Assembly: GCA_963676565.1 (NCBI GenBank)
Contig: OY781089.1
Coordinates: forward strand, 2,464,001 to 2,528,000
DNA from: Halarcobacter sp.
GTDB lineage: Bacteria; Campylobacterota; Campylobacteria; Campylobacterales; Arcobacteraceae
Direction of reading: 5' to 3'
Length of the DNA stretch: 64,000 bases
Shown: positions 18,369 through 27,071 of the stretch, in pieces
How the letters are laid out: each line of letters begins with the position of its first letter
How positions within the stretch are numbered: the stretch's first letter is position 1
Notes under the pieces: model-generated
Told to the model about the DNA's origin: nothing
The model's database searches: none
What the model saw: only the letters and a program-made list of their open reading frames with translations
Translations under genes and position numbers: made by a program

Positions 18369-19692
18369 TTTTAGCCTCTTTAAATCTATCAATTGCCATT
18401 TTTCTTGATAAAGAGATATCAACAATAGATTTTGGGTAATCAACAAATAAATTTGACTGAACACCATTTTCAATATGAAAAAGTCTAGGAGATAAACTCT
18501 CAAACTCTTTTATAACTGATTTTATAAAAATACCCTCTTTATCAAACTTTTGTGATTGGGTATAGGGATTAAATACTCTAAAATATGGTGCAGCATCAGC
18601 ACCTGTACTTGCTCCCCATTGCCATGAGCCAACATTTGAAGAGCATTCATAATCAAGTAGTTTTAGGGCAAAATACTCTTCCCCTTTTTTCCAATTTATA
18701 AAAAGGTTTTTTGTTAAGAATGAACAAACTATCATTCTAAGACGATTATGCATTGTTCCTGTTTCATTTAGATGTCTCATAGCAGCATCTATAATTGGAA
18801 CTCCAGTATTTCCTTCACACCATTTTAAAAAATCATCTTCATTTTCATTCCATTTAATACTCATACCATTAAAGTTATCAAATTGTGAATGTGGGAAGTG
18901 ATATAAAATATAATTGTAAAATTCTCTCCAAAAAAGTTCTCTAATAAACCCTTCACTGTTATCAAATTTTCTATAATAATTAAACAGTTGTCTTGGACTA
19001 ACTATTCCAAATCTTAGATGAACCGATAGTTTTGAGGTACCATCTTTAAAAAAGTAGTCCCTACTTTCTTGATAATCTTCTAATTTCGAAGAAAAATCTT
19101 CCATAAGCCTACACACATTTTTATTTAAAAACTCAGGTAATTGTACTTCTTTAAAACCCATTTCATCTAAAGTAGGAAATTTTTCATAATCAAAATCAAT
19201 TTTTTTAAGAGTTTCATTAAATTTGTATGTTTCTATATTATTTGATTGAGTTAACATAGCCATTGATTTGTAATATGGAGTAAAAACCTTATAAGGAGTC
19301 CCATCATTTTTTAAATGTTCACTTGGATGAGTGATAAAAGAATCATAAAACCTTTTCATAGGTAGAAGTTCTTCTATCTGATTATCCCTATTTTTTGCAT
19401 AATCATCAAAATCGCATGAGCATAAGATCTCATCAAAACCATCTTTTAATTTCCCAATAACTTCCTTTGGTTCACCATAAAAAATAGCTAAGTCAAGACC
19501 TTTTTGTTTTAATTGTTCTTTAAGACTTAGAACACTTTTATAAATAAAAGTAACTCTTTTATCATCTTTAGGGAGAGATTCTAAAATATTCTTATCAAAA
19601 ATAAAAATAGGCAATACTTCATCTTTTGCATATGAAAGTATTGCATTATCTTCTATTCTAAGATCTCTTCTAAACCAAAGGATTTGTCTCAT
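18361..19692 (-). CDS. phr: Deoxyribodipyrimidine (CPD) photolyase, class I/III type
   Basis: WFRRDLRIEDN, YKVFTPY, TSKLS.HL.FG, ELFWREFY, MHNRLRM, N.GSWQW.ASTG.DAAPYFRVFNP. Confidence 0.93.
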   Translation of the reverse strand: MRQILWFRRDLRIEDNAILSYAKDEVLPIFIFDKNILESLPKDDKRVTFIYKSVLSLKEQLKQKGLDLAIFYGEPKEVIGKLKDGFDEILCSCDFDDYAKNRDNQIEELLPMKRFYDSFITHPSEHLKNDGTPYKVFTPYYKSMAMLTQSNNIETYKFNETLKKIDFDYEKFPTLDEMGFKEVQLPEFLNKNVCRLMEDFSSKLEDYQESRDYFFKDGTSKLSVHLRFGIVSPRQLFNYYRKFDNSEGFIRELFWREFYNYILYHFPHSQFDNFNGMSIKWNENEDDFLKWCEGNTGVPIIDAAMRHLNETGTMHNRLRMIVCSFLTKNLFINWKKGEEYFALKLLDYECSSNVGSWQWGASTGADAAPYFRVFNPYTQSQKFDKEGIFIKSVIKEFESLSPRLFHIENGVQSNLFVDYPKSIVDISLSRKMAIDRFKEAKNV

Positions 19693-20642
19693 TATTTAAA
19701 AGCCTCCACTTTAGATCTAAGTGCCATTTCCTTAGGATATGGAGTTAAGAACTTTTGATTATCAAGATATTCAATATTAAATCTTTTTACATAAATTTTT
19801 ATGATTTTAATAACTGCTACTAAAGGGATGATATGTTCTTTAAACTCATCTAAAGCAGCTAATATCTCATGTTTTTCCTCTTTTGTAATATATTTTTTAA
19901 AATATCCAAAAATATGCATTAAGACATTATAAGTGCTTGAAGTTCTACCCTTCAAGGCTATAGCTTCTAAAAACTTTTGTTTGTATAAAGATAATACCTC
20001 TTCAATATCTTTCTTCTCATGATTTGCAACAATTTGACCTAACTCTTTATATGACTTCTGAGATTTTGAATAAATAAGGTATTTATATGAAGTATGAAAA
20101 TCAACTAATTGACCAAATGATGGTTGTGTTTTCATAAACTCAAAAACATCTTTATAGGCAAATACTTGCATTAGAAAGTTTTCTTTTAACCATGGATCAG
20201 TTAATCTTCCTTCTTCTTCTATTGGAAGTAAGGGAAATTTTTCCATAAGCTCTTTGGCAAAAACTCCCACACCAACATTTTCACTTTGACCTTCGCCATC
20301 TGGATAAATTTTCACTCTAGCCATTCCACAAGTTGGAGATTTTGATTTTAAGATATAACCACAAAGTTCATCTTCACTAATAGTATCAACTAATCTTTTA
20401 GAGACACCAACAATATCTTTTGTAACATCTTGTTTAGTGTTTGTTGTTCTTATTATAAGTTCACCATTTATTCTTACTTGTCTAATAGCTTCTCTAGGAG
20501 TTGGATAGATTTCACCTTCTGGGCAAAAAGATCTAAATTCAAAATGTTTTGACAATTCGTCATAAACAAATTTATCCTTAGAATGTTGACCATCATATCG
20601 ACACTGTATTCCAAGTAAACATGTAGAAATACCAATTTTCAT
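19692..20642 (-). CDS. ybgA: YbgA family DUF523-DUF1722 fusion (TudS/RudS-type thiouridine desulfidase)
   Basis: ISTCLLG..CRYDG, FCPE, KSKSPTCG, EEEGRL, FH..YKY, NVLMHIFGYFK; directly upstream of phr as in E. coli ybgA-phr. Confidence 0.9.
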   Translation of the reverse strand: MKIGISTCLLGIQCRYDGQHSKDKFVYDELSKHFEFRSFCPEGEIYPTPREAIRQVRINGELIIRTTNTKQDVTKDIVGVSKRLVDTISEDELCGYILKSKSPTCGMARVKIYPDGEGQSENVGVGVFAKELMEKFPLLPIEEEGRLTDPWLKENFLMQVFAYKDVFEFMKTQPSFGQLVDFHTSYKYLIYSKSQKSYKELGQIVANHEKKDIEEVLSLYKQKFLEAIALKGRTSSTYNVLMHIFGYFKKYITKEEKHEILAALDEFKEHIIPLVAVIKIIKIYVKRFNIEYLDNQKFLTPYPKEMALRSKVEAFK

Positions 20643-20663
20643 CTTTAACCCTTTTTTTGTTTT

Positions 20664-20710
20664 ATTGTAACAAAATGAGGTATTTTTGGTATATTTTGTA
20701 TGTCAGTTTA
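20664..20710 (-). promoter_or_regulatory. Shared island promoter motif, copy 4 (TAAACTGACA-N9-TACCAA-N16-TACAAT, extended -10 TGnTACAAT) upstream of ybgA
   Basis: Read on the minus strand; same architecture as the other copies. Confidence 0.72.
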
Positions 20711-20714
20711 TCAA

Positions 20715-21638
20715 TTATGACATAAATAGGAATATTGCAAAAGGGATATAGAATAAAGAGATTAAGATAGAGATAAATACAGTCAAGGACATCATTTCAG
20801 GTTTTAAATTTAAAAGCGTTGCAATAGTAACTGTGTTTCCCGCTAAAGGAACAATTGAATATAAAAACATCACTTTATAAAAACCTTCATCTAAAAGTAA
20901 TAAAAAGTTTCTATCAATATATATAAATAATAAAACAATTCCTGGCCAAAGTAAAAATTTTAAAGAAAGAGCATATGAGATAAACTTAACATCAAAAGCT
21001 TTTGCACTTTTTAGCTTTTCCATCCCCATACCTAAAAACATCATCCCTAAAATTGCATAACAACCTTTTAGATAGATTATATAATTTAAAAACATCTCAG
21101 GCATTTTTATACCTAAAAGATTAAAGGCAAAACCTAAGATAAATGCGTATAAAACAGGAAGCTGAAGAACTTTCTTTAAACTTTGTCTAGCTGTAAAGCT
21201 TCCCTTTGCCGTTATAAAATACCCAACAGAATTTTGATAAAGCATAGTTCCTAAAACTGTAAAGATAAAAACATCCACAAGATGAGGATCAAATAATATA
21301 ATAGCTATTGGAATACCAATATGCCCTGTATTTCCAGTAGAGCTTGCAAAGGCAAGAAGATTTGAAGTATTATCTTTCCATACTTTTTTAAATAAAAAAA
21401 GTAAAATAAAAGCCATAATAGAACTAGCCAAAAAGAAAAAAACTGGTAAAAAGACAACTGAACTATCAAGTTTTACACTCATTGTTGCATTAAATGCAAT
21501 TAATGGAGCCAAGATATAAAATAAAATCTTGGCAATAGTTTCTTTACTACATCCTAGAAATCTAGTGCTTATAAACCCTAAAATAACTGAAAAGTAAAGG
21601 GGTACAATTTTAGAAAGAAGTGCGAAAAAAACTGTCAT
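20715..21638 (-). CDS. AEC (auxin efflux carrier) family transporter
   Basis: Polytopic membrane protein; GNTGHIGIPIA, LPVLYA, LGMMFLG, PLAGN motifs. Confidence 0.82.
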   Translation of the reverse strand: MTVFFALLSKIVPLYFSVILGFISTRFLGCSKETIAKILFYILAPLIAFNATMSVKLDSSVVFLPVFFFLASSIMAFILLFLFKKVWKDNTSNLLAFASSTGNTGHIGIPIAIILFDPHLVDVFIFTVLGTMLYQNSVGYFITAKGSFTARQSLKKVLQLPVLYAFILGFAFNLLGIKMPEMFLNYIIYLKGCYAILGMMFLGMGMEKLKSAKAFDVKFISYALSLKFLLWPGIVLLFIYIDRNFLLLLDEGFYKVMFLYSIVPLAGNTVTIATLLNLKPEMMSLTVFISILISLFYIPFAIFLFMS

Positions 21639-21639
21639 A

Positions 21640-21990
21640 TTAATCTATTAAAGTTATTTCATCCTCTTTTGTAGTAATCATACATAAAAACTCATATGGT
21701 TTATCAAAACAAGCTTCATAGTAGTGAGGAACTCCAGCTGGGATATATAAAAAGTCACCCTCTTTTGCATGAATTATCTCATCACCTATTTTTACTTTTG
21801 CCTCACCATTTAATACATATTGTTGATGTTGTATTAAATTTGTATGGTTTGGCATAGTACCACCAACTTCCAAAGAGACTTTTCTTACAATAAAGTCTTT
21901 ATCAATACTTGGAGTTAAAACTGCAATATTTGCACCATTTGTTTTTGGAATTTCATTTGTTTCATAATCTTTAATATTTTTACAATACAT
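21640..21990 (-). CDS. Cupin domain protein
   Basis: PNHTN..QHQQYVLNG and GDFLYIPAGVPH cupin motifs. Confidence 0.85.
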   Translation of the reverse strand: MYCKNIKDYETNEIPKTNGANIAVLTPSIDKDFIVRKVSLEVGGTMPNHTNLIQHQQYVLNGEAKVKIGDEIIHAKEGDFLYIPAGVPHYYEACFDKPYEFLCMITTKEDEITLID

Positions 21991-22080
21991 GTATAGCCTT
22001 TATTATATTCTTACTAAAAAAGTTTAATTAATAGTAGAATATTATAGACAAAATCTCCTTTATTTTAGAATCTTTCTTGG

Positions 22081-22111
22081 ACACTTTTACCCCACTTCGC
22101 TTAGTTAGAAT
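22081..22111 (+). promoter_or_regulatory. Direct repeat ACACTT-N5-CCACTT, 8 nt before a TAGAAT -10, upstream of the symporter
   Basis: Matches the aspA promoter element at 28986-29016 in sequence and spacing. Confidence 0.5.
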
Positions 22112-22134
22112 TTATTTTTGAAAAGGAGAAAATT

Positions 22135-23589
22135 ATGTTAGCAGAAATCAACAGTTTCTTAAATGACCTTATATGGGGAAATATTTTAATATATTTATTA
22201 CCCTTATTAGGTATATTTTTTACAGTAAGTTCTAGGTTTGTTCAGTTTAGATATTTCTTTAAAATGTTTAGCATTTTAAGACATACAGAACATGATAAAC
22301 ATGGACATATTAGTTCATTTCAAGCACTAATGCTTAGTGTTGCAGGACGTGTTGGTGGTGGAAACATCGCAGGTGTTGCTGTTGCAATTACAATTGGTGG
22401 TCCAGGAGCAGTTTTCTGGATGTGGATTATTGGACTAATTGGTATGAGTACAAGTTTCTTTGAGTGTTCACTTGCACAATTATATAAAGAAAAAGATGCT
22501 CAAGACTCTTGTGTTTATAGAGGTGGACCAGCTTATTATGCAACTAAAGCTTTAGGTCAAAAATGGGTTGGTGTTATTATCTCAATTTTAATTATGATTA
22601 CTTTTGGTTTTGCTTTTAATGCAACACAATCATTTATCATAACTACATCATTTGAGTCTTCATTTAATATTCCAACATGGATTACAGGTATTTCTTTAAC
22701 TTTAATTTTTGCATTAGCAATTTTTGGAGGAATTAAAAGAATCACTAAGTTTTCTGAGTTTATTGTTCCAATTATGGCAGTTGGTTATTTACTAATTGCA
22801 CTTATTGTTATCTCATTAAATTTAAGTGAAATTCCATCTTTAATCTCAATGATTGTACATGAAGCATTTAATCCAAGTTCTGCAATTGGTGGTGGTATTG
22901 GTGCTGTTATTTTACAAGGTGCTAAAAGAGGAATGTTCTCAAATGAAGCTGGATTAGGTTCTGCTCCAAATGTTGCAGCAGTTGCTTATGTAGCCCATCC
23001 AGTTCAACAAGGTATTGTTCAATCATTCTCTGTATTTATTGATACAATTATTCTTTGTTCTTGTACTGCATTTATAATTCTTTTATCTGGTGTTTATCAA
23101 CCAGGAGTTGAAGGTGTTCAAGGAGTATTATTAACTCAAAATGCTTTAATTGAACATATTGGTCCTTATGGAGGATATTTTGTAACAATCGCACTATTCC
23201 TATTTGGTTTTTCATCTATGTTATATAACTACTACCTAGCTGAGAACTCTGTAAACTTCTTTATAAAAGGTAATGTTACTGCATTTAATATCTTTAGAAT
23301 TATTGTAGTTGCACTTATTATTTGGGGTTCATTCCAAGATTTAGGTTCAGTATTTTCATTTGCAGACCTTTCTATGGGACTTTTAGCAGTAATTAACTTA
23401 ATTGTAATTGCCCTACTTTATAAACCAGTTTTACAATTAATCAAAGGTTATGACAGACAACTTAAAGAGGGTAAAAAACCTGTTTTAAGATATAACGATT
23501 ATACTGATTTTAATATTGACAAAAAAATCTGGAAAGAGATTGTTGATACTATTCAAAACAATAGAGCAAAAGGTGAAAAAGACCTTTAA
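22135..23589 (+). CDS. Alanine/glycine:cation symporter (AGCS/AlsT family)
   Basis: SSFQAL, RVGGGNIAGVA.AI..GGPGAVFWMW, RGGPAYY, RGMFSNEAGLGS, FIDT..LCSCTA. Confidence 0.93.
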   Translation: MLAEINSFLNDLIWGNILIYLLPLLGIFFTVSSRFVQFRYFFKMFSILRHTEHDKHGHISSFQALMLSVAGRVGGGNIAGVAVAITIGGPGAVFWMWIIGLIGMSTSFFECSLAQLYKEKDAQDSCVYRGGPAYYATKALGQKWVGVIISILIMITFGFAFNATQSFIITTSFESSFNIPTWITGISLTLIFALAIFGGIKRITKFSEFIVPIMAVGYLLIALIVISLNLSEIPSLISMIVHEAFNPSSAIGGGIGAVILQGAKRGMFSNEAGLGSAPNVAAVAYVAHPVQQGIVQSFSVFIDTIILCSCTAFIILLSGVYQPGVEGVQGVLLTQNALIEHIGPYGGYFVTIALFLFGFSSMLYNYYLAENSVNFFIKGNVTAFNIFRIIVVALIIWGSFQDLGSVFSFADLSMGLLAVINLIVIALLYKPVLQLIKGYDRQLKEGKKPVLRYNDYTDFNIDKKIWKEIVDTIQNNRAKGEKDL

Positions 23590-23618
23590 TATTTAGTAGA
23601 CTAAAGTCTACTAAATAT
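23589..23618. terminator. Perfect inverted repeat ATATTTAGTAGACT-AA-AGTCTACTAAATAT; probable terminator or stabilising hairpin
   Basis: 14-bp arms immediately at the symporter stop; no strong U-tract. Confidence 0.6.
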
Positions 23619-23665
23619 CAAAACTTTTAAGTAAAAATAAGACATTATATAAGCTGGAAAAGAAA

Positions 23666-24811
23666 ATGACACAAAGGTTTTTTATGTTCAATAAAGAAGG
23701 TATCCCTTTTTTTATTATTACTATTCCTTTTTTAAGTATATTGTTTATCTCTTTTTTTACTCTTTCCTATTATTTGAAACTCTCAAATGAAAATTTTGAG
23801 AAAGATATAAATGAGTACAAAAAACTATATGCTTTAGAAAGTAATATTTCAAAAAAACAAATTGAGGAAAAAATATCTTTAAAAATAGAAGAACATAAAA
23901 AAATAGAAGAAAAATTCAAAAGATTTATTGTTCTTACCACTGTTTCTATTTTAATTTTCATGGCTTTATTTTCACTTTTAATGACTTCAATAATTAATGA
24001 TTTAATAAAAAAATACAAAATGCAAGTTCAATTTAAAGAGAGTAAACTCCAAAGATTAAATAAAAATCTAGCTTCTAAAGTAGAAAAAGGAATAGAAGAA
24101 GGGAAAAGAAAAGATAAAGCAATTTTACAACAATCAAAGTTAGCTAGAATGGGATCTATGCTTAGTATGATAGCCCACCAGTGGAGACAACCTCTAACTG
24201 AACTTTCTGGAATTTTGATGGAACTTGAAACTGCAACTAGATTTAAAAAAGTTAATGAAAGCCATATTTTAAAATCAATCGAAAGAAGTGATACTATGAT
24301 TGAATTTATGTCAAATACTATTGATGATTTTAGAAATTTTTATAAACCAGATAAGATTAAAGAGGATTTTTATTTAGTGGAATCATGTAAAAAAGCTTTA
24401 AGTTTAATTAGTGCAACATTAAGTGAAAATCAAATAAAACTTGAATTTGATGTAAGACAAGATAGTAAAATTCATGGATATCCCACTGAGTTTTCCCAAG
24501 TGATTCTCAATCTTTTAACAAATGCAACAGATATTTTAATTGAAAAAAAGATTCAAAATCCAAAAATAAAAATTAGAATTGAAAGAATAGGAAATAGTTC
24601 CATAATAATTGTTAGTGATAACGCAGGTGGAATAAAAGAAAAAAACTTTGAAATGATTTTTGACCCATATTTTTCAACAAAAGAATCATCAAAAGGTACT
24701 GGCTTAGGATTATATATCTCAAAGCTTATAATTGAAAAAAATATGGGTGGAGAATTAAGTGTTAAAAACGACCATGAAGGTGCAGTTTTTAAAATAGCAT
24801 TAATAGGATAA
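23666..24811 (+). CDS. Sensor histidine kinase (2 TM, short periplasmic loop)
   Basis: IAHQWRQPL, TIDDFRNF, DNAGGI, FDPYFSTK..GTGLGL. Confidence 0.92.
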   Translation: MTQRFFMFNKEGIPFFIITIPFLSILFISFFTLSYYLKLSNENFEKDINEYKKLYALESNISKKQIEEKISLKIEEHKKIEEKFKRFIVLTTVSILIFMALFSLLMTSIINDLIKKYKMQVQFKESKLQRLNKNLASKVEKGIEEGKRKDKAILQQSKLARMGSMLSMIAHQWRQPLTELSGILMELETATRFKKVNESHILKSIERSDTMIEFMSNTIDDFRNFYKPDKIKEDFYLVESCKKALSLISATLSENQIKLEFDVRQDSKIHGYPTEFSQVILNLLTNATDILIEKKIQNPKIKIRIERIGNSSIIIVSDNAGGIKEKNFEMIFDPYFSTKESSKGTGLGLYISKLIIEKNMGGELSVKNDHEGAVFKIALIG

Positions 24812-24820
24812 TTAATAAAA

Positions 24821-25501
24821 ATGGACGAAATATTATTAGAAGATTTAAAAAACATACCAATTTTGTGTGTAGAAGATGAAGATGGAATAAGAAAAACTAT
24901 TGTAGATACTTTAAAATACTACTTTGATGAAGTTTATGAAGCAAGTGATGGAAATGAGGCCTTTGAAATATATTTAGAATATAAACCAAAAATCATTTTA
25001 AGTGATATTCAAATGAAAAACTGTGATGGTATAGAGTTTGTTAAAAAAATTAGAGAAAATGATATGTCAACAACTATCATTATGTTAACAGCTTATTCAA
25101 ATGAAGAGTATTTAGTGGATTTAATAAATCTAAATATAAACCATTTTATTTTAAAGCCTTTAAATCTAAAAAAACTAAATACGGCTCTTCTTAAATATTT
25201 GAAAAAATCCCATAAACCAATTATGTTATGTGAGAATTTAGCTTTAGATTTAAATAAAAGAGAACTACTTTATAAAGATGAAGAGCCAATTGTTTTAAGA
25301 AAAAGAGAAAAAGAGTTTCTGGAACTTTTATATCAAAGAAATGGTTCTATTTTATCATATACAGATATAGAAGAGGAGCTTTGGACAGATAAAGAGATGA
25401 CAACCCATGCTCTAAAATCTTTTATAAAAGAATTAAGGGCAAAACTTCCAATAAATATCATAAAAAATATACCTCAAGAGGGTTATGCTTTAAATATATA
25501 A
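24821..25501 (+). CDS. Response regulator, OmpR-like winged helix
   Basis: VEDE, SDIQM, LTAY, ILKP receiver; C-terminal ...LRAKL...IKNIPQEGY. Confidence 0.9.
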   Translation: MDEILLEDLKNIPILCVEDEDGIRKTIVDTLKYYFDEVYEASDGNEAFEIYLEYKPKIILSDIQMKNCDGIEFVKKIRENDMSTTIIMLTAYSNEEYLVDLINLNINHFILKPLNLKKLNTALLKYLKKSHKPIMLCENLALDLNKRELLYKDEEPIVLRKREKEFLELLYQRNGSILSYTDIEEELWTDKEMTTHALKSFIKELRAKLPINIIKNIPQEGYALNI

Positions 25502-25616
25502 ATTAATGATAAAAATATTATTATTCAAAAAAATGAAGATTTAAAGTAGTTTTTTTATTTATTTTATTTTTCAATTTATTAGGCTATTATTTAACTAAAT
25601 AACTAGGAAAGTAATT

Positions 25617-27071
25617 ATGAAAAATATAAATATTTATTTAATTATTTTATTTACTTTATTTTTTTCTGCCTGTGATAGTAAACAATCATCTCCAAAATCT
25701 AATACAATTACTGTAATAACTCCAAACTTTGATAAGGCAATTACTGGTCCAATAAAAAAAGAGATATCTGCCTTTGAGAAAAAAACTAATTCAAAAGTTA
25801 TAATTATATCTCCTAGCTGGGATGATATGGTTGATAAAATAGAAGAATCATTAACTGATGATAGAATAAATTATGATGTTTTTGTTGTATTTTCATCTTG
25901 GGGAGGTTCTCTTTTATCAAAAGATTATGCTGCACAAATACCTAAAGAAGTACAAGACTTAATTGAGTGGAATGATATTCTCCCAATTTATAAAAACAAT
26001 GTACTTTCTTGGAATAATAAATATTACTTCTTACCCTATGATGGAGATTGTATAAATTTATATTATCGAAAAGATATTTTGAATAACAAAGTCTATAAAG
26101 AAGATTTTTATAAAGAGTTTGGATATGAACTAAATGTACCTAAGACGTGGAAAGAGTATGAAGATATAGCTAAATTTTTTAATGGCTGGGATTGGGATAA
26201 CGATGGAAAAATCGAATATGGTTTTGCTGAGAGTAGAATAAAAGGATATGGGACAATATTTGGTTTTTTTACACGAGCTGCATCTTATGCTAAACATCCA
26301 GAAGATAAAGCATTTTATTTTGACAAAGGAATGAATGCAAAAATAAATAGTGATGCCTTTGTTAAAGCTTTAGAAGAATATATAAATAGTGCAAATTATG
26401 CTCCGCATAATCTAATAAATTATTCCCCTGTAGAGGTTAGACAAAGTTTTATTGGTGGAGAAGTTCTTATGGCTATAGATTGGGCTAATACAGGTGCAAT
26501 GTCTCAAAATGCAAAAGAATCTATTATCAAAGATAAAGTTGGTTTTGCCAAACTTCCAGGAGCTAATAAAGTTTATAACTTTAAAAACAAGAAATGGGAA
26601 AAAAAGTATAATGCACCATCTTCAATTAGCGGGAATTGGGTTTTAATAGTAAATAAAAATTCTAAAGATAAAGATTTGGCTTTTAAATTTGCATCTCATA
26701 TAAGTTCAAAGGAAATAACAGGAAAATATGTTCCAATTGGTTGGAGTGGAATAAATCCATCTAGATATTCCCACTTAAAAAATGATAATCTAATTACTTG
26801 GGAAAAAAATGGTTTCTCAAAGAGTTCAGCAAAGGAGTATCTAAATACAATATCAGAAGCACTTTACAATGAGAATGTTCTAGTTGATTTAAGAATTCCA
26901 GGAGCCCACTTGTATTATGATAGTTTTAATGAGTATTTAAATAAAGCTATAAAAAAAGAATTAGGTGTAAAAGAAGCTTTAGATTTAGCTGCAAAAGAAT
27001 GGAATGAAATTACTCAAAAATTAGGGAAAGAGGAGCAACTAAGATTTTATAAGGAATCAATAAATGAGTGA
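25617..27071 (+). CDS. Extracellular solute-binding lipoprotein (carbohydrate ABC-type SBP family)
   Basis: Lipobox FSAC; LPYDGD...LYYRKD, PKTWKEY, LRIPGA..Y, AL..AA.EW..IT. Confidence 0.82.
   Translation: MKNINIYLIILFTLFFSACDSKQSSPKSNTITVITPNFDKAITGPIKKEISAFEKKTNSKVIIISPSWDDMVDKIEESLTDDRINYDVFVVFSSWGGSLLSKDYAAQIPKEVQDLIEWNDILPIYKNNVLSWNNKYYFLPYDGDCINLYYRKDILNNKVYKEDFYKEFGYELNVPKTWKEYEDIAKFFNGWDWDNDGKIEYGFAESRIKGYGTIFGFFTRAASYAKHPEDKAFYFDKGMNAKINSDAFVKALEEYINSANYAPHNLINYSPVEVRQSFIGGEVLMAIDWANTGAMSQNAKESIIKDKVGFAKLPGANKVYNFKNKKWEKKYNAPSSISGNWVLIVNKNSKDKDLAFKFASHISSKEITGKYVPIGWSGINPSRYSHLKNDNLITWEKNGFSKSSAKEYLNTISEALYNENVLVDLRIPGAHLYYDSFNEYLNKAIKKELGVKEALDLAAKEWNEITQKLGKEEQLRFYKESINE

Noticed and set aside
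18369..18503. N-terminal extension of the desaturase given in the ORF track
   Set aside because: Lies inside phr; the FAD-binding motif begins right after ATG 18368
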